From Promethearchaeota archaeon (GTDB lineage: Archaea; Asgardarchaeota; Lokiarchaeia; Sigyniarchaeales; SOKP01): a stretch of 64,000 bases of DNA. Location: the NCBI GenBank assembly GCA_019058445.1, contig JAHPZA010000009.1:96001-160000 (forward strand). Direction: 5' to 3'. The notes beneath the pieces were generated by a model, which worked only from the letters and a program-made list of their open reading frames with translations, was not told the origin of the DNA and ran no database searches. This document shows, in pieces, positions 19,166 through 29,178 of this stretch. The position numbers were made by a program, and so were the translations under genes. How positions within the stretch are numbered: position 1 is the stretch's first letter; each line of letters opens with the position of its first letter.

Positions 19166-20134
19166 TCAAAAGAGCCATAACCCAAGGAAAATAAATATTG
19201 GTACATACATAATTGCCATTATTGTAATAGTAAATACACAGAAGCCTGAAAATTCATAGTCTAGTTCAAAATATTCCGCAAAGGCTACATTAGATACCGC
19301 AGGAGGATCGACAAATAGAAGCATCAGAATGATCAGAACAATTTGACTATTTTCTGGAGGGAATTTTATAAGTTGGGCAAGTATAAAAAAAAGAATAAAG
19401 GAAAATCCTACTCTGATGAGTAAAACCTTAATAAAATCTATATCTCCAATAAATTCACGAAATTTACTAAAATCAAATTTGACAAGTAATACACCAATAA
19501 TTATCGCTCCTAAGAGTGAAGTTGCTCTTGAAAGTAATTCATTTATAGATATAAAAATTTCTTGAGTAAATCGTACGCCAAGAAGATTTAATATTAAACT
19601 TATAACTAAAGCTATAGTTGGTGGAAAAGTAAGCATTTCTTTTAAGTTATCTAAATAACTTTTTGTATTTTTACCGTAAAGAATACATTCATAGGTTAAT
19701 AATGTACTTCTAAATATTTGAGCTGATAAAGAAAATATTATTAATACTGCGATATATTCGGAACCAAATAAACTCAAAACTATAGGTAATGGAAAAAGAA
19801 ATGCATTTGGAAAAGAAACAACACTTAAAATTGACCCTTTTCTTTGATTATCCTCTTTCCCTTTATTCCTAATGATAAGAATGTATGCTAAAATTTGCGT
19901 TGCGGATATCAAAATGATTTGAAATATGATAATATTGATTATTATCGATTCATTTAGAGCTTGATTTGGCAAAAGAAACGCAAATAACACCAATGGAGGA
20001 GCAAGGATAAACAAAAGAATAAACGACAGATATTTTCCTATTTCTTCATTTTTATTCTTAAAAATTCTTCCAAAAATATAGCCAATAGCTATAACTAAAT
20101 AGAAAGTTAATAAGGCAATAAATAGATCATTCAT
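19166..20134 (-). CDS. AEC (auxin efflux carrier) family transporter
   Basis: About 10 TM helices with two related halves (FPNAFLFPLP..., DPPAVSN...). Confidence 0.7.
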   Translation of the reverse strand: MNDLFIALLTFYLVIAIGYIFGRIFKNKNEEIGKYLSFILLFILAPPLVLFAFLLPNQALNESIIINIIIFQIILISATQILAYILIIRNKGKEDNQRKGSILSVVSFPNAFLFPLPIVLSLFGSEYIAVLIIFSLSAQIFRSTLLTYECILYGKNTKSYLDNLKEMLTFPPTIALVISLILNLLGVRFTQEIFISINELLSRATSLLGAIIIGVLLVKFDFSKFREFIGDIDFIKVLLIRVGFSFILFFILAQLIKFPPENSQIVLIILMLLFVDPPAVSNVAFAEYFELDYEFSGFCVFTITIMAIMYVPIFIFLGLWLF

Positions 20135-20379
20135 GAAAAAGAAAATTCTTATAATTTCAAATAGCTGAGTTAATAAGTAAAAATTTGTTAACTTTTTGAA
20201 CTTTTCGAAAAATTATCTTTAATCCAGACGATTATCTAAACTTTTTATTCAATAATTCTTTCCCTAATTATAGATCAATAACAAATTTCCATATTTATAA
20301 GAAAGTTTAAACTATAAATGATCTATATTTTATTATAAATTGAGAAAAAAATAATTAAGATCCTCAAGGATGGACGAAA

Positions 20380-21570
20380 ATGGATGAAGATGCATTTAGA
20401 AAGGAATTTGGACAGCAGAGTGTCTTTAGACAGGCAGCCTCACTCGATTTGAGTTATGTTCCTCCTAAATTATATTGTCGTGATGAGGTAATTAAATCCT
20501 TAATCTATAATTATAGAAGAATTTTAGAAGAAAAAGAGCCTCCATCAATTAACTGCTTATTGCTAGGGAAAGGAGGAGTTGGAAAAACAGTTACAGCAAA
20601 ATATTTTGGAAAAAATTTCAGGAGTATTGCTCTCGAAAAGGATGTGAATCTTTTCATTGAATACTATAACTGCATTAATTTTAGGAGCAAATCAAAAATA
20701 ATTAGAGAACTTTTGGCTAAATATACTCACGGCTCTGGCAGGGGTTTTTCTGATGATGAGGCGTTAAAGCTTATTTTAACCAAACTGATTAATGATGATG
20801 CTTATATGTTTCTGGTAATTGATGAAGTCCAGATTTTAAAATCTGAAGATGTATTAGCCTTTCTGGATATTGCAGAGACTTTTGGACATCATAATGCAAA
20901 ATTATCTATTTTATTAGTTTCAAGAATTAAAGACTGGATGAAAATAGAGACAGAAAGAATTCTCAGCCGATTAAACGAGAAAATAAAATTAAAACCGTAT
21001 GATTTTGATGATTCCAATCTAATTTTACAATATCGAAGTGAAATAGCGTTTAAGGAAAACGTAATTAATGATGATATTTTGGCCATGATAAGCCAAATAG
21101 TTGTAGAAAATAAGAATATGAGACACGGAATTGAAATATTAAGAAAAAGCGGTTTGTATGCAGATAAAGAAGGATTCAATCGTATATCGGCAGATATGGT
21201 AAGAGAAGCTTCAAATGAAGTATATCCCACTTTTCGAGGGGATGTTATTGATAAATTAAATGAGCAAGAACTTCTTGCACTTTATGGAATTGTAAGAACC
21301 CTCATCAATAACGATGAGCCATATGCTTTAGTCGATGATGCATTTGAAGAATATAATGCCGTATGTGAAAGTTATTCAATTGAACCTCACGTAAAAATGA
21401 GCTATAGAAAATATGTCCGCCAATTGAGAGACTTAAAAATAATAGCTTCTAAAACTGTTCGAATTGAAGATGCCCAGCGAGGAAGGCATCTTAAAATTAC
21501 ATTATTAGATATCCCTCCAAGAAAATTAGAAGAACTACTTGAAGATCTATTCGAAAAGAAATTCAAATAG
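20380..21570 (+). CDS. cdc6: Cdc6/Orc1 replication initiator (AAA+ plus winged helix)
   Basis: LDLSYVPPKLYCRD, GKGGVGKT Walker A, VIDEVQ Walker B, RILSRL, KPY, C-terminal winged helix (LRDLKII...RGR). Confidence 0.92.
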   Translation: MDEDAFRKEFGQQSVFRQAASLDLSYVPPKLYCRDEVIKSLIYNYRRILEEKEPPSINCLLLGKGGVGKTVTAKYFGKNFRSIALEKDVNLFIEYYNCINFRSKSKIIRELLAKYTHGSGRGFSDDEALKLILTKLINDDAYMFLVIDEVQILKSEDVLAFLDIAETFGHHNAKLSILLVSRIKDWMKIETERILSRLNEKIKLKPYDFDDSNLILQYRSEIAFKENVINDDILAMISQIVVENKNMRHGIEILRKSGLYADKEGFNRISADMVREASNEVYPTFRGDVIDKLNEQELLALYGIVRTLINNDEPYALVDDAFEEYNAVCESYSIEPHVKMSYRKYVRQLRDLKIIASKTVRIEDAQRGRHLKITLLDIPPRKLEELLEDLFEKKFK

Positions 21571-21730
21571 TGTTCATAAAAAAGAAGAATATAATAAACA
21601 TCAATAGTTCTAATACTACTGATTTTTTCTATTAAATTTGTATACATTAATGTAAAATTTATATTAATGGGAGTAATTATTATCTATACTACAATTTAGT
21701 ATAAATTACAATAATGGGTGAATTATCAAA

Positions 21731-22045
21731 ATGTTGTTTGTAATGTATTTTGAGTTAAATCCAGAGAAAGATCCATCGGAAATTTTAGATGCATTTCAAA
21801 AAATCGAAGATGCTAAAATTCGTGACATGCATGAAAAATGGGACGCTAAAGGATGGTATATTACTCCAGATTATTGGGGCGTAGCAATAGTTGAGAGCGA
21901 CAGCGTAGAGGATCATTTAAGAAATGCCAACGCCTGGAGGATAGCACTCCCAGGCATATTTACAGTTTTTAAAACTGGTTTGGCTGCGGAAGTTGAGCAA
22001 TATGCTCCGACATTACTTAAATTAGTCAGAAAACTTAAGAAATAA
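21731..22045 (+). CDS. Small hypothetical protein (DUF3303-like alpha+beta fold)
   Basis: GGTGA SD; GWY...WGVAIVESDS pattern. Confidence 0.55.
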   Translation: MLFVMYFELNPEKDPSEILDAFQKIEDAKIRDMHEKWDAKGWYITPDYWGVAIVESDSVEDHLRNANAWRIALPGIFTVFKTGLAAEVEQYAPTLLKLVRKLKK

Positions 22046-22255
22046 TTAATATGTTCTAAGAGATTCAATTTGTTTTCCAAAATTTTATTTTATTAAAACA
22101 TTAAATCTTCTTTTTTTTTATCTTACTTAAAAAATAGCAAACAATAGGTTTCATCGTAAAAATTGGAGGATAAATTAACAAGTAGCTTCTTTATTATTTT
22201 ATTTGGAAGAATATTGACTAATCTCACATACCATTTGAAAGTGTAAATAATGATC

Positions 22256-22486
22256 CTAATATTTCTCCTTTTCGGCTTTACTTTTTGAGTACCACTCTAG
22301 CCATTCTTTACGCCTACTCTTTTTTTGCTGATACTCATCATCGCCATCAATGTTTTGTCTTTTTATCTTTTTCCAGTAGTCATCTAATTCTGATCGTTTC
22401 AAGGACAATCCGCAAGAACTGCAAATCAAGGATTTTGTAGCACTTTCATATTCCATTTTTCCGGCACACTCTGGACAACGGGCCAT
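22256..22486 (-). CDS. Small Zn-ribbon protein
   Basis: CPEC-x14-CSSCG followed by a basic/aromatic helix. Confidence 0.75.
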   Translation of the reverse strand: MARCPECAGKMEYESATKSLICSSCGLSLKRSELDDYWKKIKRQNIDGDDEYQQKKSRRKEWLEWYSKSKAEKEKY

Positions 22487-22649
22487 ATGCTTTCTAATCC
22501 AATTTTTTGATATTCATTAGATCTATTTTATTAATAGAATAAATTAAAGCTAAAATAATTATTGAAAAAATAAATTTACAATATTAACTATTATAAAAAA
22601 ACATTCTACATGGATATTTCAAAATTATAAATTTATTAAGTGAAAGAAA

Positions 22650-23882
22650 TTGAAATCTAAAGTATATTTTTTTACAGCTCGAACTCATACCCATCAAGAG
22701 AGTATGAGTAAGGTCAAGGGTCCCTTGGCACTTAAGCAGTTAGGCATTGAAGAAAAGCTAAAAGCTAACGATAAAATAGTAATTAAAACTCATTTTGGAG
22801 CATTGGAAAATACACGGTATATCCGTCCATCTTATATCCGATTTTTATGTGATTACATTAAACACTTAGGTGCTACTCCCATTGTTGCTGAATCTTGTGG
22901 ATGGGGGGCACCTGAAGAATTTACTGGTGCCCATACCGAATATAGTGGTCGAGCAACTGAGAAAGAATATTTGGAGGTGGCCTTAATGCATGGCTATACT
23001 GAAGAAACCATGGGAGCTCCAATCATTATGTTAGATGGTCCAAAGGGAATTGATGTGGAAAGACAAAAAATACAAGGAAAAAAATTTAATGAAGTTGCTG
23101 TAGCTGGACGTTTAAGAGAATTTGATAAATTGGTGTTAGCATCTCATTTTAAGGGACATATTAGTGCAGGATTTGGAGGCGCTATTAAGAATCTTGGTAT
23201 TGGTTGTGTATCTAAAGGAGGGAAAGTAGAAGCTCACACGGGTAAAACATTTAAATTCAACACAGAGGCACCTATTTCGGATTATGAAGTATGCCTAAAG
23301 ATCTGTCCAACTCATGCGTTAAGTGAAGATAAAAATGGTAAAATAATTAGAGATGAAAAAAAGTGCCGGCTTTGCTATATGTGTCAATCAGTCTGCAAAA
23401 ATAATGCTATTGAGATTGGAGAATCAACCACTGAAGAATTTATCATACAAATGATTGACAACGCCATTGGGGTCGTTGATTTTTTTGGGAGAGAAAATAT
23501 TTTCTATCTTAATTATGCAATTGATATTACTTGGCAATGCGATTGCACAGGGGGTAGCGATATCAACTTATTTCCAGATATAGGCATCTTATCATCTTTG
23601 GATCCTGTTGCCCTTGATCAAGCATGCATTGATTTGGCTCACCTTTCAAAAATCAATCCCTATTCAGTACTAGGAGATATTAAAAATCTTCCAAAAGGAA
23701 ATAATACTGACTGGTTTTCTTATATTCCTCGCTATAATAGAGAAACGAAGAAAATTAATATGAATCTCGAAGGAATAGCATCAAAACAATGGGAGCTTCA
23801 GTTAGAGGCTGCAGAAGAAATAGGGTTAGGATATAGAGATTATGAATTAATTGAAGTTAAGATTGAGCAAAAAGATGAGTAA
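22650..23882 (+). CDS. DUF362 Fe-S protein with ferredoxin insert
   Basis: IKTHFG, SHFKGH..AGFGGAIKNLGIGC, CRLCYMCQSVC, CDC and DPVALDQAC motifs. Confidence 0.88.
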   Translation: MKSKVYFFTARTHTHQESMSKVKGPLALKQLGIEEKLKANDKIVIKTHFGALENTRYIRPSYIRFLCDYIKHLGATPIVAESCGWGAPEEFTGAHTEYSGRATEKEYLEVALMHGYTEETMGAPIIMLDGPKGIDVERQKIQGKKFNEVAVAGRLREFDKLVLASHFKGHISAGFGGAIKNLGIGCVSKGGKVEAHTGKTFKFNTEAPISDYEVCLKICPTHALSEDKNGKIIRDEKKCRLCYMCQSVCKNNAIEIGESTTEEFIIQMIDNAIGVVDFFGRENIFYLNYAIDITWQCDCTGGSDINLFPDIGILSSLDPVALDQACIDLAHLSKINPYSVLGDIKNLPKGNNTDWFSYIPRYNRETKKINMNLEGIASKQWELQLEAAEEIGLGYRDYELIEVKIEQKDE

Positions 23883-24012
23883 AGAATTGTATTAATGATT
23901 AAAAAAAGTTAAATAATCTAAGATAAAGTAATACTATCAATTATGAAAAAATTCTAATAAAAAAATAGGAAAAGTTATTCTGTTAGAATTTGAATAAAAG
24001 AAGTGACAATAA

Positions 24013-26280
24013 ATGGATAAAGAAGAACCGTTTAAGGGTTTAATCAGGCGCACCTATGATAAGTCAATCCCATGGTGGCCTGATCCAAAGTGGTCAGAAA
24101 AAGATAAGCCGAATGTAGTGATTATCCTCTTAGATGATACAGGTTTCGCTCATTTAGGTTGCTATGGTTCTAGCATCGAGACCCCAAATATTGATCGATT
24201 AGCTGAAGGAGGCTTACGTTACACAAATTTCCATACAACTGCTTTATGTTCACCGACGCGAGCGTGTTTACTAACTGGTCGTAATCACCATACCGTTGGT
24301 ATGAGAGCAATTGCTAATTTTGATTCCGGCTTTCCTCATATGAGGGGATACATTACACCTCACGCAGCTACTATTGCAGAAATTTTGAGTGAAGAAGGAT
24401 ACGCAACCTTTGCTGTGGGTAAGTGGCATCTTACTCCAATGATGGAGGCATCACCTGCCGGACCATTTGACAATTGGCCTCTTCAGCGGGGCTTCAATCG
24501 CTTCTATGGTTTTATGCAGGGTGAGACAGACCAGTTTTATCCTGAGCTGACCTGTGATAATCATCCAATCGACCCTCCCTATAGTCCCGAAGAGGGATAT
24601 CATATTAGTGAGGATCTTGTTGATCAAGCAATGGCACTCATCCGTGACCAGAAGTCAATATATCCCAATCAACCTTTTTTCCTTTATTTAGCATTCGGTG
24701 CGACTCATGCACCACACCAAGCCCCACGTAAATTTATTGAGAAGTATCGTGGTCGTTTTGATGCAGGTTGGGATGCTACTCGCGAGGAATGGTATCAAAG
24801 GCAGCTTGAGATGGGCATCATACCGTCCGGCACTAAATTAGCTCCTCGGAATAAAGGTGTTCGTGCCTGGGATAGATTGTCCGAGAACCAGAAAAAATTC
24901 GCACTATGTTTGCAGGAAGTTTTTGCTGGCTTTTTAGATCACACGGACCAACAGATTGGGAGATTAACTTCTTTTCTGGAGCAGCTAGGTGAACTTGATA
25001 ACACAATTTTAATTTTACTTTCAGATAATGGAGCTAGTCAGGAGGGAAGCTCCACTGGGGTCATGGATGAGTTTAAGTTCTTTAATGGAGTGATGGAAGA
25101 TATTAATGCCATCCAAGATCGTCTTGACGAGATTGGTGGACCGCACAGCCATTCTAATATTCCTTGGGGTTGGGCACAAGTAGGAAACACCCCGCTTAAG
25201 TGGTATAAACAAAATACTTTCGGGGGAGGAGTTCGTGATCCACTAATCATCCATTGGCCAAAACGGATACGAGATCGAGGAGGAATCCGTAACCAGTTCC
25301 ATTTTGTCTCCGACATTGTACCTACTATTCTTGAGGTTCTTGATATCGAACCTCCCTCGAATTATAAAGGGATTTATCAGATCCCCATTTCCGGTACATC
25401 AATGGTTTATACTTTTGATAGCCCAAACGTAGCCACTCAGAAAAATGTACAATATTTTGAGATGTTTGGTCATAGAGGTATTTGGATCGATGGCTGGAAA
25501 GCGGTTACTTATCATACAAAAGGAGAACCCTATAAGGATGAAGAGTGGGAACTATATCACTTGGATGAGGACTTTTCGGAATGTAATAATCTAGCATCTG
25601 AAAATCCTAAAAAATTGCGTGAGTTAATTGATTTATGGTGGATAGAAGCTGGGCGGTATGGCGTTCTTCCGCTTGATGATAGAAATATTGAGCTTTTTAG
25701 AGCTGTATTTCGACCAGGAACGCCTCATGCTACACGTAACTATACCTATCATCCCCCAATTAGCCATTTACCCGCAGAAGTTGCACCAGCACTCGGAAAT
25801 CGCACGTGGGTGATGACCACTGAGATAGAGCGCCCAAATAACAGTACTGAGGGAGTTTTAGTTGCTCAAGGCACTCAAAATGGAGGATACAGTTGGTATA
25901 TTAAGGATAATCAATTGGTATTTGATTATAATGTGTTTACAGAACATCATGTGGTACATTCCGATCAGAGTGTGCCCACTGGGAAATGTACGCTTGGAGT
26001 GAAATTTGTAAGAGAAGGGAGAACTGGCACAATTATCCTTTCAATGGATGGTAAGGAGTGTGGTTCAATCTCAGTTCCATATATTTTACGAATGATTTCG
26101 TCAACAGGATTAGATATCGGAAGAGATGGGCTCTCTCCAGTCACTAATGATTATAAAGCACCATTCAAATTTACCGGTACAATTAAAAGAGTCCATATAG
26201 AGCTGCCTCGCTACAGACCGCCTTCAGAAGAGCGTGAGGATAAGGAGGTTAGATATCGTACTGAGATGTCTAAACAATAA
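24013..26280 (+). CDS. Arylsulfatase (Cys-type, AtsA-like) with C-terminal beta-sandwich
   Basis: PNVVIILLDD, CSPTR (formylglycine motif), LLTGRNHH, GKWHL and SDNG. Confidence 0.93.
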   Translation: MDKEEPFKGLIRRTYDKSIPWWPDPKWSEKDKPNVVIILLDDTGFAHLGCYGSSIETPNIDRLAEGGLRYTNFHTTALCSPTRACLLTGRNHHTVGMRAIANFDSGFPHMRGYITPHAATIAEILSEEGYATFAVGKWHLTPMMEASPAGPFDNWPLQRGFNRFYGFMQGETDQFYPELTCDNHPIDPPYSPEEGYHISEDLVDQAMALIRDQKSIYPNQPFFLYLAFGATHAPHQAPRKFIEKYRGRFDAGWDATREEWYQRQLEMGIIPSGTKLAPRNKGVRAWDRLSENQKKFALCLQEVFAGFLDHTDQQIGRLTSFLEQLGELDNTILILLSDNGASQEGSSTGVMDEFKFFNGVMEDINAIQDRLDEIGGPHSHSNIPWGWAQVGNTPLKWYKQNTFGGGVRDPLIIHWPKRIRDRGGIRNQFHFVSDIVPTILEVLDIEPPSNYKGIYQIPISGTSMVYTFDSPNVATQKNVQYFEMFGHRGIWIDGWKAVTYHTKGEPYKDEEWELYHLDEDFSECNNLASENPKKLRELIDLWWIEAGRYGVLPLDDRNIELFRAVFRPGTPHATRNYTYHPPISHLPAEVAPALGNRTWVMTTEIERPNNSTEGVLVAQGTQNGGYSWYIKDNQLVFDYNVFTEHHVVHSDQSVPTGKCTLGVKFVREGRTGTIILSMDGKECGSISVPYILRMISSTGLDIGRDGLSPVTNDYKAPFKFTGTIKRVHIELPRYRPPSEEREDKEVRYRTEMSKQ

Positions 26281-26493
26281 TTACCATTTAAAAATTTAGA
26301 TCTCTATTTTTTTCTTATTTTAATAAATATCTAATTTAAAATGATTTTAAATACAATCATACTCTTATTTAAAAAGGAAATTTACTATTTGATATTATAG
26401 TATACCTTTTTTCAATTAGAAAAGGCGATTCTCATCCCCGAAAGTAGCAGTATATTAAATGATATAAATAAGGTATTCATTCCATGCAGGACC

Positions 26494-27408
26494 GTGCTAG
26501 AAATGGAAGCAATAATTTCTCTCTATTTATTAAATTCTAATTATGATAGAATTAAAGAAATTCCAGAGTCTCGACCTTCTAGTGATCGGCTTGTTGACAT
26601 ATTAGGTGTTAGAGATCAAAGACTTTTTGTAGATATTATAGATTATTTTATCAATCGAGCAATCCCGAAAGTAAAACCCGTAGTTATGTATGCTCGTGAA
26701 CATCATGAAAGGTATAGAATGGGAAACGTTGCTCCTTACGCAAAAACGCGAGTATGTGTTTATCTCGCACTACATAGATTAAAATTGAAATTTTTAATTA
26801 TTAAAAATTTTTTAGATAAATTCAAATCGGCGAATAACAGCTTAGAATTTGTTTCTGATGAGGAAGCGGAAGAGGATATGACTTTTCTGACCACCTTAGC
26901 CAAGGATTATTATAAAAAAAATAAAATGAATCTGAGACTCATGATTCAGAAGAGAAGAGTTTCAGAAAGAGTTCAAAAATTACTAAATGATAAAGATGCT
27001 ATCACCAGCGACAAATTATTTAAAATGGCAACATTCAAGGTATATCTTGAAAGAGCTAATATAATAAAATTTATTATGCGAGAAATCAAAGCTTCAATTT
27101 TTGTTTGTAGATTAATGTTTGCCAAAATGGACCTTCATAATCCTTTTTCTTTTACAGAAGAAACTGCTTTGGATTTAGAAGAAATTATGATTAGTAATGA
27201 CTTTATTCCTGAGTTATTACCTGCCATATCAAAAGGTTTACAGGATAATAATATATCCCAACTTGAAGATTGTATTAACGCATTTGAATTTTTTATGGAT
27301 AAGGTTTTAAATGGTATTAATAAAGCTATAGAAATAACTTCTGGGGGACAACTCCAAATTGGGTTATACGATGCGATTTATGATATTGGCAATATTTTTG
27401 CATTTTAG
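26494..27408 (+). CDS. Hypothetical all-helical protein (start uncertain; frame open from 26401)
   Basis: 304-aa ORF with host-like composition and no motif I recognise. Its last 102 nt are duplicated at 28217-28318. Confidence 0.75.
   Translation: MLEMEAIISLYLLNSNYDRIKEIPESRPSSDRLVDILGVRDQRLFVDIIDYFINRAIPKVKPVVMYAREHHERYRMGNVAPYAKTRVCVYLALHRLKLKFLIIKNFLDKFKSANNSLEFVSDEEAEEDMTFLTTLAKDYYKKNKMNLRLMIQKRRVSERVQKLLNDKDAITSDKLFKMATFKVYLERANIIKFIMREIKASIFVCRLMFAKMDLHNPFSFTEETALDLEEIMISNDFIPELLPAISKGLQDNNISQLEDCINAFEFFMDKVLNGINKAIEITSGGQLQIGLYDAIYDIGNIFAF
27307..27408 (+). repeat. 102-bp degenerate direct repeat, copy 1 (3' end of the upstream CDS)
   Basis: Encodes LNGINKAIEITSGGQLQIGLYDAIYDIGNIFAF*; ungapped match to 28217-28318 with 21 mismatches by hand count. 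Confidence 0.92.
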
Positions 27409-27509
27409 CAAGATTCTTTAGATTAAAAATTTCATTTTAAATTCCCACTAAAGAAATATATTAAAATAAAAAAATATCATAGTTAATATTATAATTAAAA
27501 AGTATTTTT

Positions 27510-28211
27510 ATGGCTAATTATAAAGCAATTGTTAAAGATCTACAAAAAAAATACACTGATGCAACTGAGGTAGTTATCGTAAGCAAAGATGGAAAAGTCC
27601 TTTTTACAACTGATAACTGGGATGTTAATCGTGATATAAAGGGTGTATTATCCAATTGGGCAAGTGGCAATGCACAATTCGTATCTATAAATGAGATTCG
27701 GTATTCTATCCTACAGATGGAGCCAGAACGGTTTATTGCTACAAATCGTCATAAAAAGGGGCATTTGATAGGCGCAACCACACCAGATGGATCTATATGT
27801 ATTTTGGCTCATATTAAACCAAAAGCAAAAGCTTGGTATCATTCTGCCTATCCATTTGTCGCTAGAGCCGCCGCGATGATGGTAAAAGGTTCAAAATCAA
27901 AGAATTTAAAATCTAAGAAGAGTAAAAAAAGACAAAAGACCAAGAAGCAAAAAAAGGAAACAAAAGTAGTGCTAATGGATGATAAGAAGGAAAAATTGAA
28001 TACGTATGAAACCACGTATGGTGTATTAAAAGAGGAACCTCAGATTGATCCCTATCTTAAATTAGAAATTGAAAATTTTCTCCAGTGGATAAACGATCCT
28101 AATGGTTTATCATCTTATATCTCTTATTATTTAGGTCAGAATGATCATCAGAAAATTCATGCTTTGGCCATGATTTATAAAATGCTCCATAGAATATTTT
28201 CAAATGAATAA
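27510..28211 (+). CDS. Asgard-type profilin with polybasic linker and extra C-terminal helical domain
   Basis: Residues 1-125 follow the Loki-profilin pattern (IVSKDGKVLFTTDNWDV, RYSILQMEPER..ATN..KKGHLIG). Then a Lys-rich tract and a ~60-aa helical tail. Confidence 0.78.
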   Translation: MANYKAIVKDLQKKYTDATEVVIVSKDGKVLFTTDNWDVNRDIKGVLSNWASGNAQFVSINEIRYSILQMEPERFIATNRHKKGHLIGATTPDGSICILAHIKPKAKAWYHSAYPFVARAAAMMVKGSKSKNLKSKKSKKRQKTKKQKKETKVVLMDDKKEKLNTYETTYGVLKEEPQIDPYLKLEIENFLQWINDPNGLSSYISYYLGQNDHQKIHALAMIYKMLHRIFSNE

Positions 28212-28216
28212 TTTGA

Positions 28217-28318
28217 TTGAATGGCATTATTAAAACTAAAGAAATAAGTTCTGGTGGACAAATACAAATCGGATTATATGATACCATATATGGTACTGGA
28301 AACATTTTTGCGTTTTAA
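28217..28318 (+). repeat. 102-bp degenerate direct repeat, copy 2 (intact 33-codon mini-ORF or gene remnant)
   Basis: TTG...TAA reading LNGIIKTKEISSGGQIQIGLYDTIYGTGNIFAF*. Confidence 0.92.
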
Positions 28319-28526
28319 CTAAGTTGTATCAAAAAAAGAAAACAATACTAACTAATCTTTAAATATAAAATAGGATCTATATTTCTACTAAAGCATTTAG
28401 AAATTTACATCTAAATTAAAATAATAAAGGATTGATTATACTATTTCTGAGGTTCTTCCAATAATTCCTATTGATATTGTATTTACAATAATCTTTACAT
28501 TAATATCTCTAATTTTAGGGATAATT

Positions 28527-29165
28527 ATGATCCTAAAATATTTTAAATATAAAATTAAAGAACTAATTTTTGCCGGGATAACATGGTGTATTATTACAAG
28601 CCCTTTTTGGGCAGATATTATCTCTTATTTGTGGTACCTAACATTTAACACACACCTAAGCGATTTGCTTTATTTTTTGCTCTGCATCGGATTTATCCCA
28701 TTAGCACATATAACATGGATGATCTTTTTTACTTCTTTCTTTCTCCAAAAATATCAGAAAGGAATTATCTCAATATTTTTGATTGAAGCAATTATATTCG
28801 AGATAGTGTTTATATATTTCCTTATAGTAGATCCTTCGAAAATTGCTACAAGAATACCATTAACTAGCGTTGTGTGGACACCATTCATTATAATTTATTT
28901 GCTTCTTTCCATAGTGCTTTTTCTACTTACTGGCCTTGCTTTTACCCTAAAAAGCTTTAAGTCAGATAAAGAGGATACCCGATTAAAAGGTAAATTTCTT
29001 CTTATCGCATTTATTTCTTTCATAATAGGTGTCATCATTGAAATAATTCCTATTTTCTTTGAATTTAAATACGTACTTAGTAGATTAATTATTCTCACAG
29101 CTGCAATAGAATTTTATATCGGATTTATCTTACCGAGTCAGATAAAAAAAGTTTTATTAAAATAA
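28527..29165 (+). CDS. Multi-pass (6-7 TM) membrane protein; first TM helix probably encoded upstream of the ATG
   Basis: Frame is open from 28428 and encodes a further TM helix (IVFTIIFTLISLILGII) with no ATG/GTG/TTG. RLKGKFL and FYIGFILP motifs. Confidence 0.75.
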   Translation: MILKYFKYKIKELIFAGITWCIITSPFWADIISYLWYLTFNTHLSDLLYFLLCIGFIPLAHITWMIFFTSFFLQKYQKGIISIFLIEAIIFEIVFIYFLIVDPSKIATRIPLTSVVWTPFIIIYLLLSIVLFLLTGLAFTLKSFKSDKEDTRLKGKFLLIAFISFIIGVIIEIIPIFFEFKYVLSRLIILTAAIEFYIGFILPSQIKKVLLK

Positions 29166-29178
29166 GAATTAGAATATA

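Noticed and set aside
20135-20379. Replication origin next to cdc6
   Set aside because: No repeated ORB-like (TCCA...GAAAC / G-string) motifs on either side of cdc6. AT richness alone is uninformative in this genome.
26341-26493. In-frame ATG 26341 ... TAG 26398 upstream of CDS 26494, suggesting pyrrolysine readthrough
   Set aside because: The segment before the TAG is extremely AT-rich and promoter-like, no pyl genes are in view, and a near-cognate start after the TAG explains the open frame more simply.
27307-28318. Diversity-generating retroelement TR/VR pair (a ~100-bp repeat of a gene 3' end)
   Set aside because: Mismatches are not confined to adenines in either copy (many T/C, G/T and C/G changes, mostly at wobble positions), and there is no reverse transcriptase in the window.
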